A stretch of DNA of 64,000 nt from Magallana gigas (lineage: Eukaryota). The notes beneath the pieces were generated by a model, which made no database searches, was not told the origin of the DNA, and saw only the letters and a program-made list of their open reading frames with translations. Both the position numbers and the translations under genes were made by a program. Of this stretch, positions 11,601-24,813 are shown piece by piece. Each line of letters begins with the position of its first letter. Positions within the stretch are counted from its first letter, which is position 1. Location: positions 1,054,001-1,118,000 of the forward strand of contig NC_088856.1 in the NCBI RefSeq assembly GCF_963853765.1, in the 5' to 3' direction.

Positions 11601-12631
11601 CTCTCACCATTTAGTCATCTGAGTAAAAAAAAAATCGATGTTATTAGAAGGTTGTATAAAACTTTGTTTAAAAGCGATAGTTGGGACTTTACTATTAGCC
11701 GAAATGTTTAAGTCGTGTATTACTTTATTTTTCTAATCAGTAGAAGTTTCTTTTATGATAATTACAGAGCTTTTTTGTCATTCAAGTTCAAAAAACGATA
11801 ATATTGGAAGGCTCGGGAACTCATAAACCAGTTTGAATAATAGTATATATTTTAACTTCTTGAAACACTAATTATTAATATAAAGACTATACACGTTCAA
11901 CATAAACTTGTTTTTATCCGTCTTACTATATATGTTTAAAATGCATAAGTTAAACCAATTTGATCGCTCAAAATGAAAATGTTTTGATTTTGATAACATT
12001 TAAAGTTGACAAGAAATATCATAGATACATGCAAATATAAAAAATACTTTCTGACACGATATTTACATCATTATGATTGCCAACAATAATGTGTAGGTGT
12101 GTGTGTAACCCATTGCAATACGAATATCTGATTTTTCGTTGACATAGATTTAACTGGCATTGCCTATTCTTAGACCAGATGTATTGATTACTGTTCAGGT
12201 ATTCTCCAAAAGTTATTATTTTCATTTTATATAGTTCAATACCAAGAAGCTATGACGGAAAAATAAGATTCAAATTCAAATTTGTATAATCCAGGCACTT
12301 ACGCACGTATCAAATATTAGAAAACAAATATTGTCATTAAACATTACTTTTAGATATGTTACAAGTTTTACCTGTATTACTTTCAGCATGTTTGGAAAAT
12401 AAACTTAGCGCTGCTATTTTGTGACTGCTCTTTGCTGTTGTACTTCTTTAACAGTTACAAACGCAAGTTTTAAATGTCAAATTATAAGATGTCAATGTAG
12501 TTTAATGGTAAGTATTTGAAGTACTTTTTGTATATACATGTAACTTTGAATATTGTTGTTATATTACTTAAATAACTAGGAAACAGTGCTGTTTAATGAG
12601 ATTATTATCTATAGAGAGCTGATATAGAAGC

Positions 12632-14072
12632 ATGGAAAGATCACTAACACGTCGAGACAAGAAACAAATATCACAATGGATTGGCAATGATAGTCAGTTT
12701 GAGCTTCTGTACAAAATTAGCCGAGATGGGGGTTCAGCAGAGACGTTCCATGAGTTGTGTGACAACAAGGGACCTACTGTGACCATGTTCTACAACACGG
12801 ACAACAATGTGTACGGGGGGTACCTGTCAGACAGCTGGGAGAGTACCGGAAACTGGTGTACAGACCAGAGAGCGTTTCTGTTCAAATTATATTCTGCTGG
12901 CAACTGGAAACCTGTTAAGTTCCCATACGTAATAAAAGAAACCCATTTTAAAAATAAAACTCACGGACCATGGTTTTATTCGTTGACTTCAATGTATTCG
13001 TTTATAAAAACGACTAATAAACCATCGTCAAACTATTACAATTTAGACACTTCGAGTCTTTTTGACGGACACAGATTTGACATGAAAGGAGAAACCGTCC
13101 AGTCTGTGGCAAACGGTCACAACAATGTCACGGATCTGGAGGTCTACCAGGTCAAAGGTAAGAAATTTTCCCCACATACAATCATCGTTGTGCTTGAAAG
13201 CAATCATCTCACCTTTATTCTGAATTTTTTCTCATTAGGACTTTTTTCAGAAACAAAGATTTTTTTGTCTTTTTTCGAACCAAACCAAAGTTCAAATTAA
13301 TAACTTACATGTAATCATAATGTATCCCAATTAGTACTTATTTCTGTTTTGTTTTTGTTGTCATTTGATAAGTGTTGCGGGACGCGTGCAACAAAATGCT
13401 CATATTCTATTCTAGAAGGTTCTTTAGACGAAGAACTAGACTCTTTTTGGAGGGATTCACCAGAATGGAGTCCACAGGTTTGTGTCATTACAAAAAACAC
13501 TGACAATGATGCAATCTATATATTTATTATCTTTACACCAGAATAGTAACTGAATATGCACTGCCAAAATGACAAAACAATATCCTAACTATTTGATTGA
13601 AATCAAAAGTGCAATTGAGCAACAAAAATACAACAGTTTTCCAGAAAAAGAAAAAGTAAGCTATATGATAAAACATATTACTTAGAGCAACGATTTCTAT
13701 CTTAAATACAATTGTTATTATCAAGCATAAACATAAAAGTCACACTAAAGAATATTTCAACGTACAATATATAACCATATCAAATAGGTATGCTTGTATT
13801 TTGCGCCTATATCAGTCAGCATGTCAGCTAATACATATCACTGTTGTTTTGATTTATCTTCAATCATTCAGACTTTTCCAGAATTAAAAGAATTTGTTGC
13901 AAACTACAAACCTTTTGAGGAAACAAAAATCACAGAGGTCAACATTCTACTCATTGGTCCGGCTGGTGCAGGAAAATCTAGCTTTTTAAATACCATTAAC
14001 ACAATTTTTAAGGGCGAAATGTCATCCCGTACATGCACTGGATGCGCAGATATTAGTCCAGCACAAAAGGTT

Positions 14073-14142
<70 letters not shown>

Positions 14143-16472
14143 AACATTATATTCGAGAATATATAATAGAACACAGTTCAAAATGATTTTTATGAATTCT
14201 CAATAATGACTTAAATAGTTTCGCAAATTCCGGGTTCGTGACCCAACTACAAAAAAGCACCTTTGTTTCCGGATCTGCGACACTCGGGGCGTGGAGGAGG
14301 GTGTCTTCATTAAAAGTGAAGACTTGGGTTTTCTTATTGACGGAAACCTCTCAGACAATTACACTGTAAGTACAGATATGGGCATTTATTATATACCCAT
14401 CAATTTTCCTTTTTTGATATTGTCAATTATATAGAGAGTAAACTGATTTTACAGTTCACCACTTTTTTTTTTTAAATTATATTTAAAACTTTTGAAAAGA
14501 CAGGGTATATAATAAATTTATCATTATAACAGTAACTTGATCCAAAGAGCCGGATTACGTCTCGTTGCCAGGCGCGGATCATCGGATCAAATTCGCTTCG
14601 CGTCTCGTTTCATCTAAAGACCTGGCAGCTCGACGTGATCTGACCCTTTCGATCAAGTCACTGTTATAATAATATATATGTCTTATACAAAAACTACCGG
14701 TTTGAAAAGATTGTTTAGGTACTGAGATTTTTCAAACCATCTTGTTTTCTGCAATCCTGTCTTGTTTATGGTTCCAAAACTTTGCCTTTTTTACTATTTC
14801 AAACTAATTTATACTTTTCAATATAAAGAAAGGCCTAGGAAAATATATACTTTAAGTTTCAACTCGATTCGGAAGCTTCAACAAAAAGAATTGGCTTCGT
14901 GGAAGAACCAACAGTGAAAGAGAAAATGCACGTGGTTGTGTTTGTACTTGATGGAAGTACCCTTGACGTCCTGTCAGCGGGGGTCGTCTCAAAACTTAGA
15001 GAAATCAAAAGTCTCGTGGTAGACAAAAGTAGGTAATTTGTGTTGGACAGGATAGTTATTGAATCTTTAGAGATAAAAGACATCGTCGTAGGGATGAGTA
15101 ACTTGTGTCTGAAGGGTTCTTTTCAAACTTCAAGGAGATAAAATGTCTTATGGTTGATAGCAGTAAGAAATGTTTAACCAAATCAAAATATTTAGTATCA
15201 AATTACAAAATAAAATTCATATCTAGTAAAAGTAAAAATATTTGTGGATTATTAAGAAACGCATAAAATAAATATACAGTTAACCTGCTGTAAGAAAAAA
15301 AAAGATAAAAAGTATACGAAGCGTAATCAAAAAGTGTGTACATTAATTCAATACTTATCCGTAAAAGGATTGATTCGTTTTGATAAAACAATTGTTCGAA
15401 CCACGTAAAATCGAAATACACTCTGTATTTGTAGTTAAGCTCTAAGTATCGTTTTAGCGCTATGTTTGCTATGTTGAAAACCTGATCCAAAGTTTGGCAG
15501 TATAATGAGCTGCATTAAAAAATACTTTGTGACGAAAACGACAGATTTTTCATTTGTATTAGTTTAGCACTTTGATGACTCAATAGAAAAAGAAATGGAA
15601 ATTGTCCATCAAATATTATCGAATGGGCTATCCCATTATCAAACTGCCGATCACGCTTTCGAGCCGACTACTTGTTTATAGAAGAAGTTTGTGAAACGAC
15701 GTGATAAATATTTCAAACTGGGGAATTTATAGTCCGGACCGGAATGAAGAGAAATTGGAAATAATATGCATTTGTTTATATGGATTTGAAATAAATTTTA
15801 CAACTTGAAGAAAGTTTTATAACTTATATAGCTTTAAAAAAAACAGGCATGTCTTTCAATTGAATATGGCATACCGGGTATATAGCTTAAGAATTGAAAA
15901 AAATTATCACGATATCTTCAAATAAAAGGTCAGGGGTCTCGACGATGGATGATTTTCAGAGAATTTTCAATATGAATGTTACATTTTATAGTGTATTTAT
16001 AGTTTATTTTCATAACTTAATGCAGGTAAACTATAATTTTATAACAAAAAGTATGTAGTGCAAATATGTTTAAGCGATAATGTATTTCCCTGTTATTATA
16101 AATATATCAATTAAACACATGCCTGTTAGTGCATACTAGTATATGGATGAAACATTCGAATCTCATGTTTTATAACTATTTCCAGGTATACCCCATTTAG
16201 TTTTCCTAACCAAGATAGACAAACTTTGTAATTTGGTGGAGAAAGACGTCAGCAAAACGTTTAAGAGTAGAGATGTAGAAGACGCCGTCAACAATGCCGC
16301 TGATGTCATGGCTCTCCCAAGATCCCAAATACTCCCGGTTAAAAATTATGAAAAGGAAACTACTCTCAATACGGATATAAACATTCTTGCTTTGACGGCT
16401 CTCCGAAAGTTGTTGGTGTTTGCAGATGACTTTCTGGAGAACCAGTATGATTGGCAACAGATTGATATGTAA
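12632..16472 (+). CDS. IFI44L: IFI44-like protein copy B1, open, C-terminus shortened by 7 aa
   Basis: Exons 12632-13157, 13416(or 13428)-13477, 13872-14069, 14219-14365, 14857-15028 (AAG acceptor), 16186-16472. Walker A GPAGAGKSS, DTRG, TKID. TAA at 16470 where B2 has CAG. Confidence 0.85.
14075..14137. repeat. (TC)n microsatellite just after the exon 3 donor of B1
   Basis: Direct sequence. Confidence 0.95.
14523..14670. mobile_element. Palindromic (hairpin) insertion in intron 4 of B1
   Basis: Imperfect inverted arms attataacagtaacttgatc...ttgccagg / cctggcag...gatcaagtcactgttataat; centre contains gcttcgc. Not present in the B2 intron. Confidence 0.6.
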
Positions 16473-17976
16473 ATATTAAACAAAAAAACTGAGACTTTCA
16501 AAACATTGGTCTGATCCTAAATTATGGGATTGTATAGTTTGAAATAGTATTGTACATTTAATCTCATTTCTATTTGCAAATAGATGTAGCCAGTTTAAAG
16601 ATAAAACCTAAGATTGTGAATATATGAATTTGAAATCCAATCAGGTGTAGATGGTCACATAGTATTGAATAAATAAGTACTAAAAGGTTTTCAATTGTTT
16701 TAATACAACTATTTTCAAACACATTGCATATAGGCAAAAAACCAATGCCACAAAATGATTACAACGATTTAAAATTTACTTTAAGCAGATAAAGCGTTCT
16801 TTTTTTTGACTGGTAATATGTCCCGATTGCAGTCTTTATTTTTTTATTTTAGATTTTATCAAGTGCGCATGACAGTCTATTACTTTTTTTGATAATAAGA
16901 ATAGTGATGATAAATTCTATTCTATGTTAATTCAGTCAATAAACCCCTGAAACAATTGAACATTTACTTATGATTAAACATTTTATTATGGTTTATGAAA
17001 AAAGAGAATTTCTGAAGAAAAAAAAAAGAAAGCTTTTATTTTTACATATTTTTTTTTACCCTTATATAATGATTTTCTAAAAATCAGAAATTTTTCAAAT
17101 TTGTAAAAAAAAAAACAAAAACAAAAAACAAAAAAACCCAGAAAACTTAGTATTTTTATCAACAAGTCTACAATGTCTAGTGACCTTTTTCACAATAATA
17201 CTGAATGCACATGTATTATTTCAACAAAATGTAAAATAAATCCTTAACTACATAATCAGGACTCTTATATCAATTTATTTTCATTAAGTCAAATCAATTA
17301 TATATGACTTTGAGAATCATAGTAACATAACTTTTTAAGTACCATTGTATCTAAACGCCTAATGCGTAAAAAAATCCGTTAAACTTTTTCTTTCAAATTA
17401 TGATTGAAACCGGCTACCTTACTTATGTTTAATTAAATAGATCAAGTTGGATCAATACAAAGGTAGCAATATTTGTTTTGGTAGGTAGTTGGTGTAAATA
17501 TTTTAGGGTAACTAAGGGTGTTGTAAAGTTTCATGTTTTTTAGTTTAAGTAAATTATTGATTGGCTCTCAATCAACTAACTATTTTTTTTTACCTATTTG
17601 TACTTTTACAAGTTGATTCTCTTTAAAACAGCAATTACCAGTTCCGGGATATGAATCAATTTATACGCATTTATGAAAATTAGGTGTTACATATTCAACA
17701 GGCATACGGTCAGGAAAACCGCTTAATTAGAATAAACTCAATATTTTCCTTTTATTTCCTTTTATTTAATATACATGAATCTCTTTATATAGCTTCGATA
17801 TCAAATACAATGATATAGTCTTCAAATTACCATGACTTTCAATCTCTCATTAGAAACTCATTAGAAACTCATTAGAAACTAAAAAAAACATACGATGTCT
17901 ATAATAATTCCCATTATTTCAGATAGTGAAAAGGTTGTCTAAAAAATCGCGCATACCTTTCAAAAATTTTGACAAT

Positions 17977-18030
17977 ATGAACGCATTACTCGTGCACAAA
18001 CAGAAGAACAAAAAATCAATGGGTCGGTGG
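17977..18030 (+). pseudogene. 5' stub of a C-type IFI44-like gene (MNALLVHKQKNKKS...)
   Basis: Matches the start of C1 (MNGFLVHKHKNKIS), and ~0.8 kb of upstream sequence resembles the C1 and C2 upstream regions. Similarity stops after ~15 codons. Confidence 0.7.
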
Positions 18031-19991
18031 TACTACCTTCTACAACCCTGACAAAAAGTCAATATAAGCTTGAAAGCTGGAGAGTAAATAGCCGTGTTTT
18101 TTTAATTGTATTTGTTATATTAAAATGCAAAATCATTTGAAAGGCATTTTTAAAATATACAAACACGTATTGTTTATGAATGGGTGTGGGCAGCTTCATC
18201 AAAATCATCTTGACAAGCAATTAAAAAAGGGTGAATTCTCAAATACATGGGAAAAAACCCTAAATGTAACTTCAATTCAATTAGAATTCCTTATTTGCAG
18301 TTTCATTTATTGCATACAAAACTGGATGGGGGGGGGGGCAAATCCGTGATATTTTCATTTATCATATAAAGTTAAGAAAAGTGCCAGCTGCCAAAAAAAA
18401 ATCGGGAGAGGGAAGCAGCCCCCCCCCCCCTTCATGGCAACCCCGATGCTGTGATGTAAACGTATGGATATTCGCATGATCATAACGGACTCGTCAACTA
18501 TAATAATCAGTGCGCAAAAATTATGAATGAGACACTATGGCGTAGACTGGTCCTCTGTCTCTATCGTACGAAAGATATCGCGCATATCAGACAGGCATTG
18601 CCAGTCCACACTATCGTGTTCACGCAACGAATGAACTCACCAATGGCAGAAATCCATGGGGAGGGGGTCAGATAAATTTTTTGACATTTATTTTGTAACA
18701 ACTACATACATGTATATTATACTTTTGATCGGATGTTTTGGAAGAAATCTAACGAATTAAAAAACACACTTGATTAGTAATTGTTAAATGTAGTAATGTA
18801 CATTTAGTAAGACACACGAGTTATGATCCCTTTTCAAGGTTAATGAAATATCCCAACCGAACGAAAATCGGGTCAAACCCCGCTTCGGTGATTTAGTTCT
18901 TCCAGTAAACATTCCAGCTGTATAAAAATATATTTGTTTTAATCCAGACTGATGACTCTCTAGTAATAATGATAATCCAACACCAGTTGTTACCTACATT
19001 GTACCGCAATAGACAATATGTTACAAATCGCTGCGATGACCCCTTCTCCCCTTTTCACCGTTCAAATATTGTGGAATGCCGATCTATTTTTAAATCAGGA
19101 TTACACACGTGCACTGCATGGTGAACGTCCATTTTACTTGAAAACTCTTGCTCGCTGTTGGTATTACATGCCATGTAACATTTTCATAAATTGTGAATGT
19201 AAATGCTGACATCTTTAACATGCATCAGTTAACTTTTTGTAAAATATCATGATATTGCTTGTCACACTGTCTGCACTGTTTCGGAGAATGCAACTTTTAA
19301 ACCTTAGATATGCCTGACATCATGACGTCAGGCAATTTTACTTCATTGGTACTTTCCGACACATCTCGGGATTATTTATACATCATAAAGATTATCTAAC
19401 GAACGGGGTTATTGAAAAATCTATAAAGGTGTTCGACCCCCGATCAGTTTACCTGTTTAAACAAAAATATGGAATGAACATTCATAAGAAAATGCTTTAA
19501 AGTTATTTCCATCAATTCCATTATTTTTACGATGATACTTGGTGTCTCGTAGATGTATGATAATATTGTTTAAATGTTATTTTTTGACCCGCATAACGAA
19601 TTGTTATAAAAGTAGATTAGGACAGTCACTTTCGCACTTCAAGAATTATCTTTATTTTTATTGTTTACAGGTTTTTATAATCTGAAAAACAAACGTTGGC
19701 CAAATCATAAGAAAAAGATTAAAAGTTTGGTACTGAATAAAAATAGCGTCGAATATTACATTTTTTCTGTCAACTATGTTTCAATGTTATTGACTGTTTT
19801 GAAGAGGCAATTTGTACGATTGGTAATTCTGTTTTACTAGTAAGGTGTAATAAATAACTTGACATTTCTCTGTAACAAAATATAAGTAAACAAAATTGGA
19901 AAATAAATCCTTAACTAATTAAGATTTTTGTATTGGTTTATTTTGATTGAGTCAAATTATTTATAAATTTAACTTTGAGAATCATGGTAGA

Positions 19992-20129
19992 NNNNNNNNN
20001 NNNNNNNNNNNNNNNNNNNNNNNNNNNNNNNNNNNNNNNNNNNNNNNNNNNNNNNNNNNNNNNNNNNNNNNNNNNNNNNNNNNNNNNNNNNNNNNNNNNN
20101 NNNNNNNNNNNNNNNNNNNNNNNNNNNNN
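19992..20129. other. Assembly gap (138 N)
   Basis: Run of N. Confidence 1.
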
Positions 20130-20585
20130 ATATTTATTCTTCCCTTTTTACGTTTAGTTTGGCCTACCGTACATATGCTTATTTTAAAAAATCGGTGAGT
20201 TAAAACAAAACGAAAGTAGTTGTGTTTATTTTGGTAAGTTAGTGGTAATTTAATATTTAAGTGTAGCTAGGAGCATCGTAGTTAATTTGTTTTTCTATAA
20301 AGTTAAGCAAATCGTTTGAAGTATTTGATAACTATTGATCGGCTCTTAAATGTATGAATGTAGATTTTAAGAAGTTATAAAGTTGTTACATTTTTAAAAG
20401 GTGCACAGTAAGGAAAGGCGTTCCTACATCTATTGATAAAGTCTTGAATTTAACTTTCTACACTCTCATTAAAAAGTGGATTTGCTAAAAAATAATAACA
20501 CTGTTTGTAATATTTCCCATTGTTTCAGACAGAGAAAAAATTGTGTTTTAAACAATCACGCACACCTTTTAGACATTTCGACAAT

Positions 20586-22331
20586 ATGAACGGGTTCCTC
20601 GTGCATAAACACAAGAACAAGATATCAGAATGGATTGGTGGGGATAGTAGGTTTGAGCTCCTTTACAAATTAAGTCGAGACGGAGGGTCAACAAAAATGT
20701 TCCATGAGTTGTGTGATAACAAAGGACCCACAGTGACCATCTTCTACAACACAGACAACAACGTGCATGGAGGGTACCTGTCAGACAGCTGGGGAAGATC
20801 TGGTGGATGGTGTACAGATCAGAGAGCGTTTCTGTTTACATTGTATAGTGCTGGTCACTGGAAACCAATAAAATTTCCTCACATTGATGGAGAAACACAT
20901 TTCCAAACTTTTAATCGTGGACCTTGCTTTTATTCATTAAACAGTTTTCACATGTATGTTAAAATGGAAAAAAAAATTCCGTCAAACTTTTACAAATGCA
21001 TAACAACTGGTCTATTTGACGGGCAAAGATTTGACATGAAAGGAGAGACTGCCCAGTCTGTGGCAAACGATCACAACAACGTCACAGATATGGAGGTCTA
21101 CCTGGTGAAAGGTAATGTATTATCATCATATCATCAATATCTTTTTAAGACACTACGTCACAAGATGGCGATTTAAATGTTTTGTTAAACTGTTAATGTC
21201 GTCGAAGCTCAGTGGTTAAAGTAGTGTGCTTTGGAACCGCAGATCGTGAGTTGAAATCCCCCTGGAGCTTTTGCCTATGTTAACTGCATTATATTTTTTG
21301 AAAATGTAATTTTTCATCCAAAATTGCACATATTGTGGCCTTAAATCTAGGTCATTGAAAGCGTTTTTAAGAAATAAAAAATATATTTACAATCAAAGTT
21401 CTGTAAGAAACAATGTATAATCATGAGTGGATTTTTTCTCTCTGAGTATTCATTAGCTCTATACCTTGAAAATGTTCACATCTTTATGCAGAGATTTTCG
21501 TCTCAGGGAAGTATGTATAGTATTAAAAAGGTAACGCCCAAAAAATCTTCTTATTTGATGACTTTGTGCCTGAATTTTAGATGGTTTACCAGACGAGGAA
21601 CTACAGATTCCTTGGAGGGATTCTACAGAGTGGAATAATAAGGTGAGTTACACAACTTTGTGAGGTAACATATTTGCTACATCAGAATAAAATATTCGAT
21701 CGTTAGACTAGTTGTCCTTGAGCACCGATTTTAATAACATTAAGGAAAAGTTCTTCAAATACTTTTATATGTTATAAAGTACATTTATACCCTATCGGAT
21801 TGTTTGCAAAAAAAAATAAAATTTTGACCAAATTTTAAACAACAATGAGGTGCTTTAATTGATATATTAATAACGATATTTATTTTTATCTTGGCTTTTG
21901 AATTAAAGATTTTTGATGCAAGTTATATCATTTTTCCAAAAAGGTTAATCAAAATCCATAGTTTAAAGTAAACTGAGGAATGTATGTGGTAATAAGGAAG
22001 CTTACCATGGGGCTGATATCAATTATATAGTCTTAACATCGAATTAGCATATTTTTTAACAATATTTTCAAGTCAATTTGCATTTATCTTTAAACTAACA
22101 CAAATATGTGTCTTATGTTTGAGGGTTTTCAAGAATTAAAGGAATTTATCGCCACTTACGAACCGTTTGCTGAGATGAAAATTCCGGAAGTCAACATTTT
22201 ACTGATTGGACAGGCCGGCGCCGGAAAATCCAGTTTATTCAACACCTTCAACTCAATCTTCAAAGGTGGAATTTCCTCCCGTGCATGTTCCGGAAGTGCA
22301 GAAAAAGGCATCACACAAAAGGTGCTCTCTC

Positions 22332-22367
<36 letters not shown>

Positions 22368-23716
22368 AGCACCAACAATACTCATTTTGCACGATTACAT
22401 TGATATCTTAAGATATAGACTTTTTCTTTTCAATATTAATATTCCATTAATAGTTCGATAAATTACGGATCCGTGACCCATCCACCAAGAAATATCTTCG
22501 TTTCCGAATATGCGATACTTGTGGAGTAAAGGATCGGATAAACATCAAGAACGAGGATATTGGTTTTATTATGGATGGAAACCTCCCAAATCATTACACG
22601 GTAAATAAGAATTAAAATCAAAATCTAAGGAGAATCTAAGAAATTTTGAAAACAAAATACAGTGTACATAATTCTCTAGGAGTCAGCACATTTTAAATTT
22701 AAAATGAGAATGACGCCAGTTATTAAAAAAGTAACCGAAATCATTATATAGTAGATGATAATCTAGGATTTATACTTTAAACTTAAAAGAAGTATTAATC
22801 AAAATGACAAGGTATGTAAGGAAATAGGAACATCGTTAATCATCCCACTGTAAAAAAAAATATAGAACTTTTCGAGCAAATTTCAGAAGTCATTCTTACT
22901 GTAAATCATATAACTTTTGAAGCAAATTTCAGAAGTCATTCTGAAAATGATTGCACGATATGTGAAGTTCCGCCTTCTATTCTTATTGTTACTTATTCGC
23001 TATGCTTTTAAGTATATGACAATTAACTAAAATGTGTCTTATTCAGTTAACTCAATTTCTTCAGTTTGACCACGAGACTGGGGCGTCAATAAAAAGCCCT
23101 GGCTTTGTCAAGGAACCAACAATGAGGGATAAAATACACGTGGTCGTTTTCATTCTTGACGGGAGTAACCTGAACTTTCTTTCATACGACGTTGTTAAAA
23201 AACTTCAAGAGATCAAAAGTCTTGCTATTGATAGAGGTTTGAACTTTGAAAAGTCACTTAATAAAAAATGAAAGCAATATCTAAATTATTGCAATGAATT
23301 ATTCTCGTTTCTTTGGTGAATAAATATAAACGTGCATTAGTATATTCATTAACGAAGTGTTAGATTTTACTTTAGTAGCTAATACTCTGAAACAATAAAC
23401 TCTTATAGGTGTTTCTCCCTTAGTTTTTCTTACGAAGATCGACGAAATTTGTGAATTGGTCAGAGATGACGTCAGCAAAGTGTACAATAGTAAAATTGTA
23501 GAAGATGCTGTCAACAAGGCCGCGGATCTCTTCGCTATCCCAAGATTGCATGTACTTCCGGTCAAAAATTATGAGAAGGAATCTGAACTCCTGACCTGTA
23601 TCAACATTTTGGCTTTAACAGCGTTGCGAAAGTCGTTGATGTTTGCAGACGACTTTCTTGAGAACCAGTATGAGCTAAAACAAGAAAAAATGGAGACGTT
23701 AAATAAACAGGACTGA
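20586..23716 (+). CDS. IFI44L: IFI44-like protein copy C1, open, ~470 aa
   Basis: Exons 20586-21111, 21581-21642, 22124-22321 (GAG acceptor, weak GTGCTC donor), 22454-22600, 23065-23236, 23409-23716. Walker A GQAGAGKSS, DTCG, TKID. Confidence 0.85.
21198..21268 (+). mobile_element. tRNA-derived (SINE-head-like) degenerate sequence in intron 1 of C1
   Basis: A-box-like agctcagtgg and B-box-like gagttgaaatcc at tRNA spacing; no clean acceptor stem. Confidence 0.35.
22326..22366. repeat. (TC)n microsatellite just after the exon 3 donor of C1
   Basis: Direct sequence. Confidence 0.95.
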
Positions 23717-24030
23717 GGCCCCCAAACGTTTTAGGATTCTCTGAGGAAACGATTAGAACTTCTTTTGTGACGTTTTGGGGTTAACTTCGTGTAAATTAAG
23801 GATGAAGTAAAATAAAAGTGAATTAAAGCTACAAAAAAAAGAGATTAATTATATGATTTTTTGTTTGGGGAAGGCGTTAAAAGCAACAAATGTACATTCG
23901 ATGTAATTTGCATACTGGTAAATGTTCATTTATTTGGCCACATGTATTTATGACAGAAAAACCTAAAAACCAACGTGTATAAATCTGTTCTGCTACATGT
24001 TACATGTAAAGGACATAAGACTTAAATTAT

Positions 24031-24596
24031 GAGTCCCCTACCGGTTTCACCGGAGGGGACTATAGCTTTCCTCTGCGTCCGTCAGTCCGTCTGTCCGTCC
24101 GTCCGTCTGTCTGTCCCACTTCAGTTTTCCACTGGTTTTTTTCTTTATGCGTTGGACGAATGATATGAAACTTGCTGAGCTGCTTCAAAATATCAAACTA
24201 CAGATCAAGTTTATACTTTTGTGGCGTCTGGTTGACATATTTTCAAGAAAATTATTTTTTTATATTCCAATTTTTTAATGTTCGGGTTTGTTATCGGGCT
24301 CGGTTTGTATCAAATAAACGAGGAAAGTATGTTGTCAGTAATAATATCGTGCATTACTTGGACCATTCCTTTTATTGTTTCTAACAAACAAATAAGTTCT
24401 GTAAAATAGTATCAAGCATTGTGTTGTAAATTTAATCGACAGGGTTTTTTGTATTATTACAATCGGGTTCGTTATCGGGTTGGCCTGTTGAGACGGTAAG
24501 AAATGATATTCTGCATAACAGTGCATTGTTTTCACAAATTTCTACAAACCGGTAGGGGACGTGTATTGCTTATGCCATACTCTCAGAATGCTTGTT
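24031..24596 (-). mobile_element. pearl/HINE (non-autonomous Helentron-like) element
   Basis: On the minus strand: 5' aacaag start, subterminal gtcccctaccggtt repeat, (ACGG/ACAG)n microsatellite and terminal hairpin gtcccctaccgg-tttca-ccggaggggac. Inserted in a T-run; empty site aaattat|ttatactgtgagcga at ~53540. Confidence 0.8.
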
Positions 24597-24741
24597 TATT
24601 CTGTGATCGAGAGAACTGTTAAACTGTTTTACTTACAGATCTAGAATGACAGATTAAGACTTTTAATTCTCTCTAAGCATTTAATCAACTGTGTAAAAAA
24701 GACAATATCACGTAAACCTGTTAACAAAGATGATCATGGTA

Positions 24742-24813
24742 TGTAGCAACCTCTAATGATACACAGTCCACTGACCACTGATAGAGGACGGTGTATCATT
24801 AGAGGTTGCTACA
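24742..24813. mobile_element. 72-bp MITE (second copy 58762-58836)
   Basis: TIR tgtagcaacctctaatgatacac / gtgtatcattagaggttgctaca; atggt on both flanks; absent at ~1930. Confidence 0.7.

Noticed and set aside
15029-15038. Alternative donor AG|GTAATT four bases downstream in B1 exon 5
   Set aside because: It would shift the frame; the phase-1 GTAGGT donor preserves the 172-nt exon seen in all copies.
17845-17880. Triple 11-bp repeat cattagaaact
   Set aside because: Local slippage; a single related unit is at ~51940 and there is no evidence of function.
19947-20198. ORFs spanning the N run
   Set aside because: Artefact of the assembly gap.
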